Source: a virus (taxonomy: Duplodnaviria; Caudoviricetes). From it: 53,956 nt of DNA. The stretch spans positions 1 through 53,956 of the IMG/VR virus record IMGVR_UViG_3300032087_000093, one strand, 5' to 3'. Positions 24,036 to 35,100 of the stretch are shown piece after piece (positions within the stretch are counted from its first letter, which is position 1; every line of letters begins with the position of its first letter). The position numbers were made by a program, and so were the translations under genes. The notes under the pieces are model-generated. The model was not told the DNA's origin. It searched no databases and was given only the letters and a program-made list of their open reading frames with translations.

Positions 24036-25956
24036 TTTGCTACCAACACCATACCAAGAATTTATACATAAGTCGCGCTATGCACGGTGGATTGAGGAAG
24101 AAGGGCGTCGTGAGAACTTCGACGAAACCGTGTTCCGCTACACAAATTTTATGGCAAACCACGTAAAGAAAAATCACGACTTCGAGATACCGGATCGTGA
24201 CCTGCTCGACATCCACGATGCCATTCTCAGCCTAGAGATCATGCCATCCATGCGGGCTATGATGACTGCAGGACCGGCTCTCTCACGGGACAATATCTGC
24301 GGGTACAACTGTTCGTACATACCTGTCGATCATCCACGTGCGTTCGACGAGTGCATGTACATCCTGATGTGCGGCACTGGTGTCGGCTTCTCTGTTGAGC
24401 GTGAGAACGTCGATAAGCTGCCGATCATCTCCGACAACTTCAGCAAGTCCGACACAGAGATAAACGTAGCTGACTCGAAGCCGGGATGGGCCAGAGCATA
24501 CCGCGAACTCATCGCCCTGCTCTACGCTGGTCAGGTACCCCGCTACAACGTAGATGGTGTTCGTCCTGCTGGTGCGCGGCTCAAGACTATGGGTGGACGT
24601 GCGTCGGGGCCACAGCCGTTGGTTGACCTGTTCAACTTCACCATAGACACGTTTACAAAGGCGAAGGGACGCAGACTCTATCCTATCGAATGCCACGACA
24701 TCATGTGCAAGGTTGGTGAGGTTGTTGTCGTCGGCGGTGTACGTCGCTCTGCCCTGATCTCCCTGTCGAACCTCAACGATGATCAGATGGCACACGCCAA
24801 GTCGGGGCAGTGGTGGGAGCATGAGGGTCAACGCGCCCTAGCTAACAACTCTGTAGCCTACAAGAACAAACCAGAGATGGGTACGTTTATGCGGGAGTGG
24901 CTTGCACTCTACGACTCGAAGTCGGGAGAGCGTGGCATTTTCAACCGCGAGGCAGCAGACAAGCAGGTTGCCCGTAACGGACGACGCGAGACAGGATATA
25001 TGTGGGGCACGAACCCGTGCAGCGAAATCATCCTGCGTCCCTACCAGTTCTGTAACTTGTCGGAAGTTGTCGTGCGTGAAAGCGACACGCTAGAAAGCCT
25101 GAAGAAGAAGGTACGCCTAGCAACGATCTTGGGCACCCTGCAGTCCACACTCACTGACTTCAAATACTTGAGGAAGATATGGAGAGACAACACGGAAGAC
25201 GAACGATTGTTGGGCGTTTCCTTGACTGGTATCATGGATCATGGCGTCCTCTCAAAGACTACGGACTCAAAGCGTTGGCTAGAGGAGATGCGCCAAGTTG
25301 CTATCGACACGAACCTCAAGTATGCAAACATGCTTGGAATCCCACAAAGCAGTGCTATTACTTGTGTCAAGCCATCGGGCACTGTGTCACAACTCGTAGA
25401 CGCCGCCAGCGGAATTCACGCCCGTCACAGTAAGCACTATGTGCGTACGGTGCGGGGTGACTCGAAAGACCCCCTGACGCAGTTCCTTATGGACTCTGGG
25501 GTGCCTGCTGAACCGGACATCACGAAGCCTGACTCTGTTGTAGTGTTCTCGTTCCCTATGCAGTCGCCGTCTAACGCTATCACACGGACAGACATGTCCG
25601 CTGTCGAACAGCTTGAGTTGTGGAAACTCTACGCCCTACACTGGTGCGAACACAAGCCGTCTATCACCGTCACCGTCAAGGAGGAGGAGTGGATGGACGT
25701 GGGTGCGTGGGTGTATGAGAACTTCGATGTGGCGTCTGGTGTGTCGTTCCTGCCCTTCTCTGATCATACGTACCAACAGGCTCCATATCAGGACATCGAA
25801 CCTGACGAGTACCTTGAGTGGAAGGATCGGATGACCTACGTCAACTTGGACTGGTCCCGCCTCACAGACTTCGAACGCGAAGACAATACGACAGGCTCAC
25901 GTGAACTTGCGTGTACTGCTGGTGCGTGTGAAGTCGTGGACTTGAGTGCAGCGTAG
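24028..25956 (+). CDS. nrdJ: class II (B12-dependent) ribonucleotide reductase
   Basis: MPSMR, YNCS, GTNPCSE, CNLSE, TCVKPSGT and C-terminal CTAGAC; no small-subunit gene nearby. Confidence 0.93.
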   Translation: MNNLLPTPYQEFIHKSRYARWIEEEGRRENFDETVFRYTNFMANHVKKNHDFEIPDRDLLDIHDAILSLEIMPSMRAMMTAGPALSRDNICGYNCSYIPVDHPRAFDECMYILMCGTGVGFSVERENVDKLPIISDNFSKSDTEINVADSKPGWARAYRELIALLYAGQVPRYNVDGVRPAGARLKTMGGRASGPQPLVDLFNFTIDTFTKAKGRRLYPIECHDIMCKVGEVVVVGGVRRSALISLSNLNDDQMAHAKSGQWWEHEGQRALANNSVAYKNKPEMGTFMREWLALYDSKSGERGIFNREAADKQVARNGRRETGYMWGTNPCSEIILRPYQFCNLSEVVVRESDTLESLKKKVRLATILGTLQSTLTDFKYLRKIWRDNTEDERLLGVSLTGIMDHGVLSKTTDSKRWLEEMRQVAIDTNLKYANMLGIPQSSAITCVKPSGTVSQLVDAASGIHARHSKHYVRTVRGDSKDPLTQFLMDSGVPAEPDITKPDSVVVFSFPMQSPSNAITRTDMSAVEQLELWKLYALHWCEHKPSITVTVKEEEWMDVGAWVYENFDVASGVSFLPFSDHTYQQAPYQDIEPDEYLEWKDRMTYVNLDWSRLTDFEREDNTTGSRELACTAGACEVVDLSAA

Positions 25957-25966
25957 GGGGTGGACA

Positions 25967-26182
25967 GTGGGAAAGCTTACTGTAGAGTGTATAGAGGAAC
26001 ACGAAGACGGTTCAGCCACCGTAGTGTTTGAGTGTGACGATGACACGAGAAAACAACTCATCAACGAGGGACTTATCTCGCTCCTCAAAAAAGCCGTTGA
26101 TATGGAAGCAGGAGAAGGGATGGATTCAGTACAATCCGCCTCGAAACCACCCCTGCTACAAAGAATGGAGAGAGAAAGTTGA
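25967..26182 (+). CDS. hypothetical protein
   Basis: Probable GTG start; EEHEDGSATV motif. Confidence 0.5.
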   Translation: MGKLTVECIEEHEDGSATVVFECDDDTRKQLINEGLISLLKKAVDMEAGEGMDSVQSASKPPLLQRMERES

Positions 26183-26667
26183 TCGAAGTCAAGATAACAC
26201 CTGAGATCATAGCCCGTGCCAAAAAGAAAGCTGCCACTGTAGGCAATCTACAGGGCAGCATCACGGGTAGCTTGAGTAATGTCGTCGGTGCGATAGGTGA
26301 GATCATCGTAGCCGATATCATCGACGCAGACCAGTCGAACACCTACGACTATGATTTGGTGAGGGACGGGGAGCGGATCGACGTGAAGACGAAACGCTGC
26401 AACACACGTCCCCTTCCACACTACGACTGTTCGGTGGCTGCACACGGAGCCAAACAGGACTGCGACAGTTACGTGTTTGTACGCATCCTGACCGATTCAT
26501 CGCAGGCGTGGATACTTGGTAAGATTCCGAAGCAAGACTTCTACACAAAAGCGACGAAATACCAACGGGGCGACGTAGACCCCGCAAACGGCTTTGAGTT
26601 CAAGGCCGATTGTTACAATCTACCTATTAGTGAGTTGTCCGATGTCAAACAAAGCGTCTCTGTTTAA
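26179..26667 (+). CDS. PD-(D/E)xK-like nuclease-fold protein
   Basis: GAIGEIIV...YDL...IDVKT. Confidence 0.65.
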   Translation: MIEVKITPEIIARAKKKAATVGNLQGSITGSLSNVVGAIGEIIVADIIDADQSNTYDYDLVRDGERIDVKTKRCNTRPLPHYDCSVAAHGAKQDCDSYVFVRILTDSSQAWILGKIPKQDFYTKATKYQRGDVDPANGFEFKADCYNLPISELSDVKQSVSV

Positions 26668-26857
26668 GTTCGAAGCGAATCTTCTTACCAATGGAAAGGT
26701 CGAGTTGCTTTGTGAATCTGTTAAGCCCGAAGAGTTCGAGGGCGTGATCAGCAAAGGGTTGCCGGAGTACGATGGTGGGCACTCCATAGCAACCCTGCTG
26801 AGATATCTGAAGTCTTGGTCAAACGAGGCTATGGATAAGTCGGCCAGATATATCTAG
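26642..26857 (+). CDS. hypothetical protein, last gene of the rightward operon
   Basis: ATG 26642; its stop overlaps the stop of the convergent gene. Confidence 0.6.
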   Translation: MSNKASLFKFEANLLTNGKVELLCESVKPEEFEGVISKGLPEYDGGHSIATLLRYLKSWSNEAMDKSARYI

Positions 26858-27153
26858 CTTTTACCCTTGCCATCTGCAGCATAGAACGGCACCCTCTCAC
26901 CGGCATCATTCGTGACCATCTTTAGTTTGCCTCCGCCTGCCATCATCGGCATATTTGGCATCTTCGGCTGCTGCATCGCCTGATTCTGCATCATGTTTTG
27001 TTGTTTCTGCGTTGTAGTCATCATGCCCCCCGCTTGAGCCTTCTTGCGGGGTTTCTTTTTGGTGGTAGCCATGCCGCCGTACATCATCGGCTTACGTCTT
27101 GACATGCCCCCATACATCATGGCCTTGCGCTGGCCGTTGTTGTACATTTTCAT
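26854..27153 (-). CDS. small basic Met/Gln/Lys-rich protein
   Basis: AGGAGAG RBS before ATG 27153; MMYGGM twice; ends VPFYAADGKGKS. Confidence 0.75.
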   Translation of the reverse strand: MKMYNNGQRKAMMYGGMSRRKPMMYGGMATTKKKPRKKAQAGGMMTTTQKQQNMMQNQAMQQPKMPNMPMMAGGGKLKMVTNDAGERVPFYAADGKGKS

Positions 27154-27169
27154 CGGTTCTCTCCTAGTT

Positions 27170-30100
27170 TTAAGGTTGCCCAAATAGTCTCTGAGCGTCT
27201 GTTTCTGGTGCTGGATCGGTTCGTGGTATTACAAGGTCTTGGAATGCAAAGCCCAAGTCTGCCCTAGATCGGATGGTTCTGCTATCGTCTGTGGTTGTAG
27301 GTCCACCCATAGTGAATTCGTAACCAGTGCCTGTTCGTACTCTGAGTGGTTCTGGCTGGTGCGTAGCGTTGTAGCGTTCAAGTCCGATGGATAGCATCTG
27401 GAACATCTGCTTGTTCTTTTCGAATGGCAAGGGCTTTCCTGTGCGGACCATCTCCATAAACAACTCACCAACTTTAGGATTCTGAATGATTTGCGTCAGC
27501 ATGGACATATTTCTGTTACGCATCTGTTGGAGGACAGCCTCCGTACCAACATACCTGAAGCTTACAACGCCGCGATTGATTGCATAGAAGCGGCTTATGT
27601 AGCTTTCTACGGAGAATGCACGGGGTATGCCCGTAAACCTGACGCGGTTATCAAGTTTAGTCTGTTCCTCTGCCATAAAAGCAAGGACTGACTTGTATGT
27701 CTTGTATGCTTCCGGACCTACAGCGTCCTCTACTGCCCTCGCTACGGCAGGATCGTTGATTCCCAGAAGAGAGTTTAACTGGTTCATGTCTACGTCGTAG
27801 TCAGGGGTCAGTCTCTCTGCACCACCTACCATAGTCTTGCCGGTGTTTGCGGTGAATGTTCCAGTTGCCTTGAAGGCTCTATTGGTGATGGCTTCACTGA
27901 CAACAGAACGCATTACTTCTGATATCTCGTCATCATTCAGCTTGCCAACGGTCTTGAGGTGATTCTTGAGAAGGGCTATCCTCTCTGGACCGCCCCCAAC
28001 TAATACGTCTGCAGCCTTCACAGCGTCGAGATTTTCAGGACTGTATCTGCGTAGAAACTCTATGGAGGTCTGTACGCCGCTCTTGACTACGCGAAGCTGC
28101 CTGCTGACCTCCCCTGCATTTTCTTTCGCTGCCTTTTTCATCATCGACTGAGCGTTTGCAAAGGCAATCTCACCGACTGTGTCTTCAGAGAATTCCATCA
28201 TGTGTCTGAATATTTTGTTGGTGTTCATAAGGGCGACGACATTGCCGTCTGCGTCTATGCCAGTGAACAACTGTTCGTACTTCGAAGACATGTCCTCAAA
28301 TTGTTTGAAAGTAAGATCGTCGCGTTTCAGAGAGTCCATGATCCACTGCCTATACGTAGCAGCTATAGACTCCTTAACAAAACGTCCCTCTAGTGTTCGT
28401 AGGTCAATTCTTCGTGTACCGTCCGGCTGCAAAGTTCCCACAGCTTTTACAAGTCGTGCAAAGTCTCTGTCTGCTACTGCCTTGTCCTTGTTAGTCCACG
28501 TAGCCACATCAAGCCACGTAGTTGGGGGGTTGTCGCCATAATCCATTCCGCCGGGGTTGTCTACGGTTCTGCCTTTAAATACTCGCGGCTCTCCCTTGAA
28601 TGTATTCGTGCCCAACCAAGTTGATACCAGAGGGTTGCCTCCCTCCCAGCGATTCATAAGGTTACTCCAGCCTTCATCGGCAACACGCAAGGCTTGACGA
28701 ACCGGCATGTCTACTTGTGTACCGTCTGGCAGAGTTACTGCTGCTATCAAGTCACCAGCATCTATACGGTTGCCTTGAGAATCGGTTACGGTAAAGTTGC
28801 CCAGAGCCTCGTCGGCTGTCAACTTGAGCCTCTTGTAGTCGGCCTGTGCAGCGTTATTTTTTGCCTTGCCTGCTCTAAACGACAGTTGTCCCAAGCTTTC
28901 GCGGGCTTCTTTAATTTGCAAGAAGTCTAGGGGAAATACTTCTACGTCTATCCCCCTTGCAGCATTCTCGTCACGCATAAATTTGACGACTGCAAGAGAC
29001 TCAGGTACGCCTGTTGCTAGTTGATTTCCTGCACGAGCCTTAGTAGCTTCGATAATGTCCTCTACCTCGACGCCTCGCTTTGCAGCAAGAATAGAAAGTG
29101 AGTTTTCCGCTGCACCTGTAAGTGTTCTCAAAAGCTTGTTCATGCTCCCCGTGTTCACGGAGTTCGGATTCATAGCTACCAACAGGTCTATGTTTTCGTC
29201 CTTGCCCATGACGGAGAATATGTCATCCAGAAGCTTGCCGCCGTCTGATGTGGCGATTCCCATGACTCGTTGACCATCCGGCCCCGGCATACGGAATATC
29301 TGTCCGTTTAGACTTTTATATGGCAGGGAAGCATTTTGATATGCCGTAGAGCGGAGGTTCTCCATGCCCAGTGCAAACAAATCAGATGGTTTTCTGTAGA
29401 GAGGAAGTACACCATCTTCTGCAGCGTCAGGGAAAGCATCGGGAGTGATCCTTTTAACATCCTGCCCTGTAGGCAACGCCCTGCGAACAACAGTCTTCAA
29501 CTGGGATGTGATCTCATCAGAGAAAGCGTCAGACGTTGCTTCAATCTGTTGACGCACCTCTACACCCTTTGCCGGATCGATGAATTGAACGCCATCTCCC
29601 TTGAGACGAGCAATTACTGCAGGCATGTTTTCGAATGAGTCGGGCGACATGTGATGGGCAAGACCCGTTTGATCACCCCTAATCGTAGCAAGTGCTATTT
29701 CCACTCCATTATTTTTTACAAACTCCATATCAGCATCTAGCTGACGTATCTTGTTTTCGGAGTTTTCAAGAGCAGCTTGTACGGTATCATACAGTTTTTT
29801 GACTCCAGAACCTTCCTCACGTGCTTGGGGATTTGATCCCAGCCTTTCAAACAAAGAACGAAGTTCTGCTGTAAGTTGTCCTTGCGATAGTCGAATGTTT
29901 TGCAATTCGCGGGATGCCAGATCAAAGCCTGCCGTTCCCGGAGCGTCCAAGTCCATACGCATACCCTCTTCGAGAGTTTGCAGGATAGACAGCTTGAATA
30001 TGTTAGCTGCTGACTTGTTGGTAAGTTCTGCTGGAACGCCTGCCCGTACTAGTTCTGCGGACAACTCGTCAAAATACTTTACACGAGCCATAACACCGGC

Positions 30101-32164
30101 AACAAAGTCGGGGTCCATTTTTTTCATGTTTTTGCCTAAACGAATGGCGTTCATCAGGTCTTTGGGTGTTGTATACGAACTTGTACCTATTGCTCCCCGC
30201 ACCAAGTCTTTGACGAATACGGCAGCAGTTCCCGCTTTGCTTGCGCCATACATACTTATTCCCGCAAGACTACCGATTAACTCCCACAGCATCATGTCGC
30301 CACCGTAGTTTTGACCTACGATGTTTCCAGCGGCACCACCCAGTATGACCGTAGCGTCAAGCTTTGTCGATGTACGCATAAACGCAGGAACTTCAGACAT
30401 CGCCACGATGCTGCGTAGTTCGTTTTTGCTTCGATCAATCTGTCGTGTAAGTTCGTCCAGTCTTGCTTGATCGGCAAGAGATGTGGTCTTTCCACTATCT
30501 TTAATCCGCTGCCGAATTGCGGCACGTTCTTGAATCTTGCCCCTACGATAGGCTATAAACTTGCCCACCTCTTCCCGCTTGCCGACTGCCAGAGCAGCAT
30601 CTTCAAGCTGGAAGCCCGCCTTGAGGGCACTGGTGGTTCTGAATCCATTGATGAATGATATAGGTTTGGCGGCAACCCCTGCAGCAAAAGCGATAGGCTT
30701 CCCTGCTAGAGGAACATACATAAGCATATCATGTATGACATCACTCTTGACTGTGAAGGTTGTGTTTGTAAAAGGAATGTCAACTTCTTGTTTACGTTTT
30801 GCTTGGTAGCGCAGCAGGATGTCATCCGGAGTAGCGTCTGGAAACTTTTTTCGCATGTCGTTTGCAAACAGCTTGAAACGCTGCATCTCTTTTGCGCCAC
30901 GCAAAGATTGCGCAAGTCGTGTAACTCCCAGAGTAAACTTGGCCTCAACCGCAATGTTTGCCAATGCAGTCGCAGGACTAGAGTAGAAGCGAGAAAGTTG
31001 TTCAGCCTGATCGTATGTGATGTCGAGGCCCAGAGCATCGTAGTGGTCTTGAATCGTATCAGGGAGACGAGGCAACCACCTGTCATGCAGGGCTTCTCTT
31101 CCCTGCGGTGTACTCAGGTTGTAGCCGCCAATGCCCTCGAAGTTAAGCTGGGCGTTCCACAGTGTAAGTGCCTCGAATCCCTCGCCTAGCACCCACGTTC
31201 CCATGTCCACACCAAAGCGAAGGGCTTCCGTAGGAGACGCGGCAAGGATAGACTTATCGCCGTATGATATACTGGACCCCAGAAGAGTGCCTTCTAGTTG
31301 TGGTATGACTTGCTTCAAAGATAGACGATGCTTGAGGACGCCTGCAATGTTACGTTCACTCATGCCACGCTGACGGAAGTAACGAACAAACTTGTTGGCA
31401 AACAACGCATCCAGAGTCTGTTTGTCGTGTCCTGCAACAAACAAGTCAGCACTACCATCTTCCCGCTCAATGAACGGAACATTCATTTCAAGGTACTTTT
31501 CGATTTCTTCTGGCTGACGAGTCCACTGCTCTGTGATTGCTTGGTACGGAATCTCTTCTCTGTCAACTAGAGTGCGTCCATCGCTTGTCTTGAGTTCAAA
31601 CTCTAGGGTTTGAGCCTTGTTCTCCTCAAGCAGGCGGACTCGCTCTTCGAAGGATATCGGACCAAGTGCAGCTAGGGAAAACTTTTTAGTTGGGTACTTC
31701 CCGTCTGATCCTTTTTCAGCCTTTGTGTCTTTCGCTAAAAACGAAGTGGCACCCATGACCATATTCTTGTAAGCTTCTTCGTCTACACCAGCGGCAGCGA
31801 ATGCTTCCTTAGATGTGACGATGAAATCGTCGGGTTCAAACTTCGACTTGTCTAGGACGTTCTCCCGCATACTTGTAAAGCCGGTGCCCAGTATGGATGG
31901 CTCTATGGTCTTTACAGATTCACCAGTCAAGACCGGAGACACGGGAGCCTTCTTGTCTACGGACATGGGGACGTATCCCAAGCCGGACATCTGCCCCGGA
32001 AGCCTATACTCCGAAGTCTTGAGGTCAGGACGAGGTGCAGGTTCGGCGGGAGTCTCTGCCGATATAAACTCTTCTAGTGCAGCAGCTTTAGTCGCTTCAT
32101 CATCCGGCTCATCGGCGGGGGGCTGCGGTAGAAAAGTATTTGCGCCTTGTGGTTCTTCTGCCAT
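27170..32164 (-). CDS. large internal virion (ejection) protein
   Basis: 1664 aa, mostly helical; last large gene of the block after the tail fibres. Confidence 0.65.
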   Translation of the reverse strand: MAEEPQGANTFLPQPPADEPDDEATKAAALEEFISAETPAEPAPRPDLKTSEYRLPGQMSGLGYVPMSVDKKAPVSPVLTGESVKTIEPSILGTGFTSMRENVLDKSKFEPDDFIVTSKEAFAAAGVDEEAYKNMVMGATSFLAKDTKAEKGSDGKYPTKKFSLAALGPISFEERVRLLEENKAQTLEFELKTSDGRTLVDREEIPYQAITEQWTRQPEEIEKYLEMNVPFIEREDGSADLFVAGHDKQTLDALFANKFVRYFRQRGMSERNIAGVLKHRLSLKQVIPQLEGTLLGSSISYGDKSILAASPTEALRFGVDMGTWVLGEGFEALTLWNAQLNFEGIGGYNLSTPQGREALHDRWLPRLPDTIQDHYDALGLDITYDQAEQLSRFYSSPATALANIAVEAKFTLGVTRLAQSLRGAKEMQRFKLFANDMRKKFPDATPDDILLRYQAKRKQEVDIPFTNTTFTVKSDVIHDMLMYVPLAGKPIAFAAGVAAKPISFINGFRTTSALKAGFQLEDAALAVGKREEVGKFIAYRRGKIQERAAIRQRIKDSGKTTSLADQARLDELTRQIDRSKNELRSIVAMSEVPAFMRTSTKLDATVILGGAAGNIVGQNYGGDMMLWELIGSLAGISMYGASKAGTAAVFVKDLVRGAIGTSSYTTPKDLMNAIRLGKNMKKMDPDFVAGVMARVKYFDELSAELVRAGVPAELTNKSAANIFKLSILQTLEEGMRMDLDAPGTAGFDLASRELQNIRLSQGQLTAELRSLFERLGSNPQAREEGSGVKKLYDTVQAALENSENKIRQLDADMEFVKNNGVEIALATIRGDQTGLAHHMSPDSFENMPAVIARLKGDGVQFIDPAKGVEVRQQIEATSDAFSDEITSQLKTVVRRALPTGQDVKRITPDAFPDAAEDGVLPLYRKPSDLFALGMENLRSTAYQNASLPYKSLNGQIFRMPGPDGQRVMGIATSDGGKLLDDIFSVMGKDENIDLLVAMNPNSVNTGSMNKLLRTLTGAAENSLSILAAKRGVEVEDIIEATKARAGNQLATGVPESLAVVKFMRDENAARGIDVEVFPLDFLQIKEARESLGQLSFRAGKAKNNAAQADYKRLKLTADEALGNFTVTDSQGNRIDAGDLIAAVTLPDGTQVDMPVRQALRVADEGWSNLMNRWEGGNPLVSTWLGTNTFKGEPRVFKGRTVDNPGGMDYGDNPPTTWLDVATWTNKDKAVADRDFARLVKAVGTLQPDGTRRIDLRTLEGRFVKESIAATYRQWIMDSLKRDDLTFKQFEDMSSKYEQLFTGIDADGNVVALMNTNKIFRHMMEFSEDTVGEIAFANAQSMMKKAAKENAGEVSRQLRVVKSGVQTSIEFLRRYSPENLDAVKAADVLVGGGPERIALLKNHLKTVGKLNDDEISEVMRSVVSEAITNRAFKATGTFTANTGKTMVGGAERLTPDYDVDMNQLNSLLGINDPAVARAVEDAVGPEAYKTYKSVLAFMAEEQTKLDNRVRFTGIPRAFSVESYISRFYAINRGVVSFRYVGTEAVLQQMRNRNMSMLTQIIQNPKVGELFMEMVRTGKPLPFEKNKQMFQMLSIGLERYNATHQPEPLRVRTGTGYEFTMGGPTTTDDSRTIRSRADLGFAFQDLVIPRTDPAPETDAQRLFGQP

Positions 32165-32165
32165 G

Positions 32166-35100
32166 CTAGTTTCCTTGAAGTCGCTTGCGGGTAGTCTCTA
32201 GTAATTCAGGAGGGATGTCGTCGATACTTTCGTATTTATCTCCCGGTCCTCTACGCATGTTGAGACTGTCGAGAATGACTTTGTCGTCTACTTGAACACC
32301 CTCTGGTCCTGATCCACGAATTCTGGACGCAACCGTTGCCGCGTTGATCGGACGATGATATCCACGTGGATCGTTGTTGACTGCTGACATTGCCTTTACG
32401 AAGTAGTAGCCTGCAGATTCTTGCGGGTTTTGCGACATCTGGTAGTCCATGTCTGTAGCAATGTCCTGAGAAATACGTTTGATCTCTTCGAGAACTGCCA
32501 CCTGAGACTGGGGTGTGGCTGTAAATTTCTGACGCAGAGCCTTCAGAATGATGGCAACGTCTTGGTCAGAAATCGTGCGTCCACCGGTGCCGCCCTGCAT
32601 CGTAGCTGACAGTTCGTAGGCAAGAGACACAATATAAAGTTGACGGCTGGCATACAAACGCTTAACTTCGTCGTCTTTTATATCTGCAGCTTCTGCGGCA
32701 ATATCATCAATAATACGTTCGATCTCGCGTCTAGCAGCCTTTTCTTCTGGTAGATCGAAGTTGGGCGGCTTGGCTGTAGGGTCGTCTGCACGATATCTTT
32801 CGTAGATGCTATTTGCGTAATCATTCAAATTACCCTTGATTTCATTTGCAAGTGTTTCTGCATCTCCTATGTTGAGAGCGGTCTTGACCCTGCTCAATCC
32901 CTCACTGCCCAAGTAGAACAGGCCGTCCACAGTCAGTTCGATATCCCCGACAGCTACAGAGCCTCTGTATCCACCCTGTCCCCCGTTTGCATTGTAGTCA
33001 AACAGAGTGTTGATCATCATGTTGGACAAATTGATAACGCGATAGGCACTGTTCTGTTTAGTCGATAACGACTGATAGTTCTGTTCAGTGATCCTAGTAG
33101 AGAACTCGCCGATGCCGTTACGCATCGCTGCTTGCTTGAGGTCGGGCGGAATGAACGAAGTTCCGTTCATGGGATTACCTACAACGCCGCCAATCAGAGG
33201 AGTCACAGCAGTTACGAGGTCAGACAAGCTTTCTCCGGAGCCGATGAACACCCCTGCCATGTATTCAAAGTCAGCAGACTTGACGGCTGCTCCGTTTGCA
33301 GCGTCAACAAAAGTCGTGAACATAGTCTTGTTGCCAGCACCCGGAAGTTTCTCAGAACTCATCTTGATCCATGCGTCTAGGATAGGCTGTGATCTTTCGA
33401 ACGCAACTACGCCATCGACCATCACGGGCTGGCCGTTTTGGTCGTACTTCTTGCTCATCAGGTCCATGATGTCAAGCTTAGTTTTGTTTTGTACACCATC
33501 ATTTACAGCAATCAAAATCGGGTTCAATGTCTTGGTAACAAAACTTGAATACTTTGCGGGAATATTTCCACCCACCACTGTAGTGGACGATCCGGACTCC
33601 ACAGGATTTTCCCTAGCGTTGTCTTCGTCTATGGTTGTTGGATTCGTGCTGGTTACGGCAACAACGGGAACGTCACTAGCAGCCCCCAAGCTAGCTAAAC
33701 GATCACTGACAGTACTTATCGTATTTTGTATTCGTGTGGTTTCTATTTCGGTCAGGTACTTTTGCATACCCGGAACAGCGAATATCCGGGGGTACACGCT
33801 CTTTACGTGAGCAGCAAGGCTCTTGTTACGGAAAAGACTTTGTCCTGTTTGTTCCCTGCTTTGTGTGTCAAGTAAGTTTAAGTGGCTGACTACGAGAGGA
33901 CCGAATGCGTTGATGTATTCGTCGGCCTGTCCTTCGTCAACGAGTTGCTTCAAGTTGTCTGGGTTGAGATTTCTGTTCATCCGTGCCAGTTGAACGCCTT
34001 TGTCTAGGTCTGCAGGCGCACCCAGATACACGTCCGTTCCCTTGATCTTCATGGGTACGTTCATGGATGCAGCTATCTTAGCCTCACCTAGAAGTGTAGT
34101 TTCTGAACCCGTTACGTTCACTTCGCCTGTCGTGGGGGAAATGGTTCCTTTTCTACTAGATGTTGCTGACTCGATTTGCGTTTGCGTAGCATCTTCTATC
34201 GGCACATTCGTGAAGTCGGGACCGGAAATGAGTTCTACTTCGCGACTTTCAACTGCATTGTCAAGAGAAACAAAGCCACTGCTGTCTCGCTTACCCATGC
34301 CTGCAAACTCGAATCCAGACACTCGTCCAAATCTGCGTTCTAGTCCGGCCTGAGTAGGTGCAGTTATTTCCACACGACTACCATTCGCATCAGTTATGTA
34401 GCCGACTGCTACGCGGGTTTCCCCGTAGGTTACGCCCTTTACTATTGAACTTGTTATTTCACCGTTTACAGTCTTGACTTCCTTGTCCACAACTGTAATT
34501 GCAGAAGGGGAAATGCCGTTTTCTCGTGCAATCAAGGCAATGTCTGCGGGGTCTTGATCCGTTAAAACAGTGTTGTCCGGAAGTACCATATCAACAGCAC
34601 TTTCTATAACTTCTACGTCTGGAGGGGTATAGCTGTTTTTTAGTGCCCTGTCGATTACCTCGCCAGTGTATTTGTCCTTTTCAATACCGTAGGTGTAGTG
34701 TACAACATCATCCTTATTTAAACCTAGTTTGTTTAATTCAACTAGAAGTTCGTCGTCCGTAACATTTGTAACAGTCCTAGTGCCACCTGTTTTAGTGGGC
34801 AGAACCGCTGTAATTAGTTCAGATTTTATTGTATCCGAACCTGTTCGAATGCCCGTGAATTCACTTACCGTCTCTTCACCACCGGTTTTTTCTCCTGAAG
34901 CAGTTACAGTGTAAGATACTGTTTGGATTTTGTTGCCGGTTTCCCTTGCAATAGGCGCAACTTTCGTGAGCGGACCCTGCACAATTTTGTTGTTGGCATC
35001 GACGGTGCGAAACTCTTGTTTGGTCCTGTATCCACGAATAACGGAAACGTCTTCAGGGCTGTAGATGGTGGGACCATTTTTGCGGTTTGTATGGCCTATT

